A stretch of DNA of 64,000 bases from Mobula hypostoma (Eukaryota), in the NCBI RefSeq assembly GCF_963921235.1, contig NC_086108.1, forward strand, positions 102,550,001 to 102,614,000, read 5' to 3'. The notes beneath the pieces were generated by a model, which did not search any database, had not been told where the DNA came from, and worked only from the letters and a program-made list of their open reading frames with translations. Position numbers and translations under genes: made by a program. This document shows positions 60,231-64,000 of the stretch, in pieces. Numbering within the stretch: position 1 is the first letter of the stretch; the number at the start of each line of letters is the position of its first letter.

Positions 60231-60847
60231 TGTCATGACGTTCAGATATGGTCCAAGTGCGGAGCAAGAGACACTAAAGTGGGTCGATAGTTCACAGACC
60301 TTATTGTGAACGGGGTTAGAGGGAAAAGAAAACAATAAGTGCTGTACCAAACAGGGCCATTAACTAAAATTCTCAAAGGGAAAACAAAGCCAACACTGTG
60401 GCTGGAAGGAATAACTATAAAACGAATACCGCTAGATTTCAGAGTCAGTTGGCTCGACAGTCCAATTTCTCAGGCAAGGTCAAATGCAAGCAGGCAGCGA
60501 AACGTTGCTGTGCTGTGTCCAAGTCTCAACAAGCACCTACGGTGAAAAGAATGGAGTTAAGTACCATCACAATGAAATAATAATTAGCTCACATGTGCAT
60601 ATTCACAAGTGCAATTGCTGTATCTGCTGCGCAGCTGAATCCATGGTTGTGGCAATTGGGTACAGGAGGTCACTGACTGTCTTTGATGGAGTGTCTTGTC
60701 AACTTACAAGGAAATGTGAATTTTTAGACAATACTGTTATAAGAAATCATTGCAGCATTTCTTCGTTTGGAATTTGGAGCTGATAACCTTTATAGAATCC
60801 TTTATCTATGGGAGAGCTTCAATTACTGTGAAATATCCTCGTTGATT

Positions 60848-63635
60848 CATCATCATCATCAGGTCCCGTGCCCAGTTTGAGCTTTGACTGCCATGGCCCA
60901 CACAATCCTGTTTCGGGTCAAGTGGATCAATTCATTGGTATTCAATTCCAGTTCTCTGGCTCTGTCTCCATCATCATTTGTCTTTGTCTTCCTCTTGCTT
61001 TCTTCCCTTCAATCTTTCCCATAATTACCATGCATTCTAACTCCTTTTTCCTAATCACATGTCCAATGAAATTATGTTGCCTTTTCATGATTTCATACAT
61101 TATTTCTCTTTTTGTGTTTGCTCTGTTCATGACATCCTCGTTAGATATTTGTTTTGTCCATGATATTCTTTGCATCCTCCTCAAAAACCATATCTCTGCT
61201 GCTACGATTTGCTTCCTCATGTTACTAGATATTGTCCAACATTCTGAGCCATATAACATAACTGGATAAATGTAACATTTCAGTACTCTGAGGGGGTTGT
61301 CATGCCTAGTTTAGTATTGGTCAGTATACTCTTCATTCTCACAAAGGTGCCTTTTGCCATCCCTATTCTTCTTTTGAAGTCCATGTCGCACCTGCCATCT
61401 GATGTCACCCAGCTTCCTAAGTAGCAAAAGTTCTGTACTTGTTTTATATCTTACCCATTTACTCTCAGCCTGCATATCGGATTCTCCTTCTTTTTGGATA
61501 TCACCATACATTCTGTCTTTTTGCAATTGACAGATAGACCCATTTTTGCACTTTCTTCAACAATTATATCAATTTAGTTTTGTAGTTCTTCCTCCGTACT
61601 TGCAATTAACACAGTGTCATCTGCATATCTGAAATTATTGATGTTTTCACTGCCAACTTTGATTCCCAAGATGTCTCTTATTTTTTGTAATATTGTTTCA
61701 ATGTACACATTAAATAAATCAGGTGAGAAAACGCACCCTTGTCTAACACCTCTCTTGATTTTCATAAACTGACTCACTTCTCCATCTATTCTTACAGCAG
61801 CAGTTTGCTTCCAGTACAGATTTCTGATTAGGCGGAGAATCTAGATCTAGAGTTTCCTGTAATATTTCAAATAACTTATTGTGGTTCACTTTATCAAATG
61901 CTTTTGTGTAGTCGATAAAACAAACAAACAAACAAATCTTTTTGCATTTGAATGGCTCGTTCTGATAGTATCCTTAACATCAATATTGCGTTTCTTGTAC
62001 CTTTGTCTTTCACAAAACCACATTGTTCTTTGCCTATTTCAGCTTGTATCTTACTTTTACCTCTTGCCATCAAAATTCTTAGATGTATCTTGGTGATATG
62101 ACTCATTAAACTTATGGTCCTATGTAATTCACATTCTATTGCTCCAGCTTTCATAGGAAGAGTGATAAATACCGATTTTTTCATCTCTCCTGGTATTATT
62201 CCAGTCTCATAAATTTCATTGATTAAATCAGTAAGTTTTTCAATTCCATAATCTTCAAGGGTGATAATTTGTTCTATTACTAATTCATCAGGGCCTGCTG
62301 CCTTTCCTTTCTTCATCTTATTTATTGCATTACGAACTTCAGATTTTAAAATACTTGGACCTTCAATGTTTTTCTTAATTTCTGGTTTGTCACCTTGATC
62401 GTCTTCAAACAATTCCTGACTATACTCAGTCCATCTGTTTATAATCTCATCTTTTTCCATAATAATGGTACCATCCTTTGCTTTCAAACATCCACCTGAA
62501 GAACAGAGGAGCTTTTTACCAATGATATTCTTGATTTGTTGATGTAACCTTTTTGGATCAGTAATAAGGATTCTTTATATTTGCTCACATTCCCGGTTTA
62601 ACCGTTCTTCTTTGACTTTTTGACAAAAGCTTTTAACTTTTTTATCTAAGGACTTATATTCTATAGGATTTGCTTTCTTCTGTCTGCTTTCTTCCATTAG
62701 ATTCTTGATTTCATCTGTCATCCATTTATTCTTCTTTTTTAGGAATCACTGACTTTGCTGATTCTACCAAGGCATCCTTTAGAGAGTTAAATTTCATTTC
62801 TTTGTGATTGCTATCAACTTCAACAAATTCTATTTCTAGACTTTGAAATCTATTCCTTACTTCAATTGTAAGTTTTTCTCTTAAGTTTTCTTCTTTAATT
62901 AATTTCAAGTAGTCAAGAGATTGTTCAGGTTTTTGCTTCTTTAGTTTTTTAAGTTTTACTTTTACATGACATACTACTGGGTTATGGTCACTATTACAGT
63001 CTGCACCTGGATATGTTTTGCATTGAGTCACTGAGTTTCTAAATCTTTGGTTTATAGTAATAAAGTCAATTTGATTTCTAGTGTTATCACCTGGACTTTT
63101 CCAGGTCCACAAGCGTCTTGGATGGTTTTTAAAGTAGGCACCGTATTCGTATTGACCTGATTATTCATCTTGCACTATTCTACCCATTTCTCACCTCTTT
63201 CATTTCTTTCCCATAGTCCAAATTTTCCTATGGTATTTCCATCAGCACCTTGTTGTACTTTAGCATTCAGATTTCCCGTGACAGTAACAATGTCTTGAGA
63301 TTTGCATCCATTCTTTGCTTGTTCAAGCTCTTCATAGAATTTATCTATATCTTTATTTGTTCCATCTGTTGTTGGTGCATATAGCTGTATAATTGCTAAA
63401 TCAAATTGTTGTCCTCTGAATCTAACAAGGAGCACTCTTTCCGATATTGCCCAATATCCTAAAACACTTTTTTGCCATGTTTTCATCCATTAGAATTCCT
63501 ACTCTATTAGTATGGGATGTTCCACGAGAATAAACTAGTGTTTTATTTCTAATCTGACATGTTTAAGCACCTATCCAACGAACTTCATGAATTCCCGTGA
63601 TGCTAATCTTTAGTCTTTCCATTTCATTTATCACA
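60848..63635 (-). mobile_element. RTE-clade LINE, EN and RT nearly complete but frameshifted
   Basis: YAPT, WTWKSPG..RNQIDFI, GADCNSDH, RYADDT. (TGA)n tail. TTGATT at 60842-60847 and 63636-63641. Same family as 52098-53655. Confidence 0.93.
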
Positions 63636-64000
63636 TTGATTAGGGAATAAAAATAACTGTGACGTTACATGTGATCTTTCTTGAATGGTATGGAACAGTT
63701 CCTGTAATTGCAGTCAAACCCAATATCAGTACTGCAGTTATTAATATTCATCAAAAGATTTGCATTTATGTCTTAATACACTGTTCAACTATTTACCTTG
63801 GCTGCAGTGACTGCCGAGATTAGTAGGAAAATAGAACAGCCATTTTGTACACAGATCTTCTGTAAAAGAAGAGATCTGTTTTGAATGGTTCTTTGTCTAC
63901 AGAAAAGGCAACACTATAGTAATTTTAATGCCCATCTTTAACAATAGTATTTGCTGTAGTACCCCACCAATAAGCTAAAAACCTAGACTATTCCAGTAGG

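Noticed and set aside
1..64000. Prokaryotic RT systems (retron, DGR, group II intron)
   Set aside because: All RTs are non-LTR or Penelope types with APE or GIY-YIG domains, 3' tails and TSDs. There is no operon structure.

Overview
Eukaryotic, repeat-dense DNA that is mostly non-coding and probably intronic. The repeat repertoire points to a cartilaginous fish, probably a ray (inference): CR1/HER1-like LINEs with (TTCTATG)n-type tails, V-domain HE1-like SINEs, Deu-domain SINEs, Rex1/Babar, RTE and Penelope elements. The only host coding sequence I can support is one 410-bp internal exon (44184-44593, +) of a GT29 ST6GalNAc sialyltransferase (ST6GALNAC3-like, sialylmotif L). Almost every other ORF in the track is a transposon remnant or its antisense shadow. 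Four things stand out. (1) A young CR1 has an uninterrupted ~1000-codon endonuclease-RT ORF2 with no usable AUG, and a perfect U_UUA_AAC -1 slippery site at the ORF1 stop. (2) Penelope-derived mini and fold-back insertions carry minimal type I hammerhead ribozymes (one intact at 57964-58001), and their breakpoints cluster at the ribozyme. (3) A two-copy non-autonomous retroelement has a YY1-like 5' end and a 3' stem-loop plus (AATCT)n tail. (4) There is a solo LTR with a 5-bp TSD, several 3-4-level nested insertions, and an old DeuSINE whose 3' end runs into the exon's splice acceptor. Repeat family names come from recalled consensus motifs, not database searches, and boundaries of decayed repeats are approximate.
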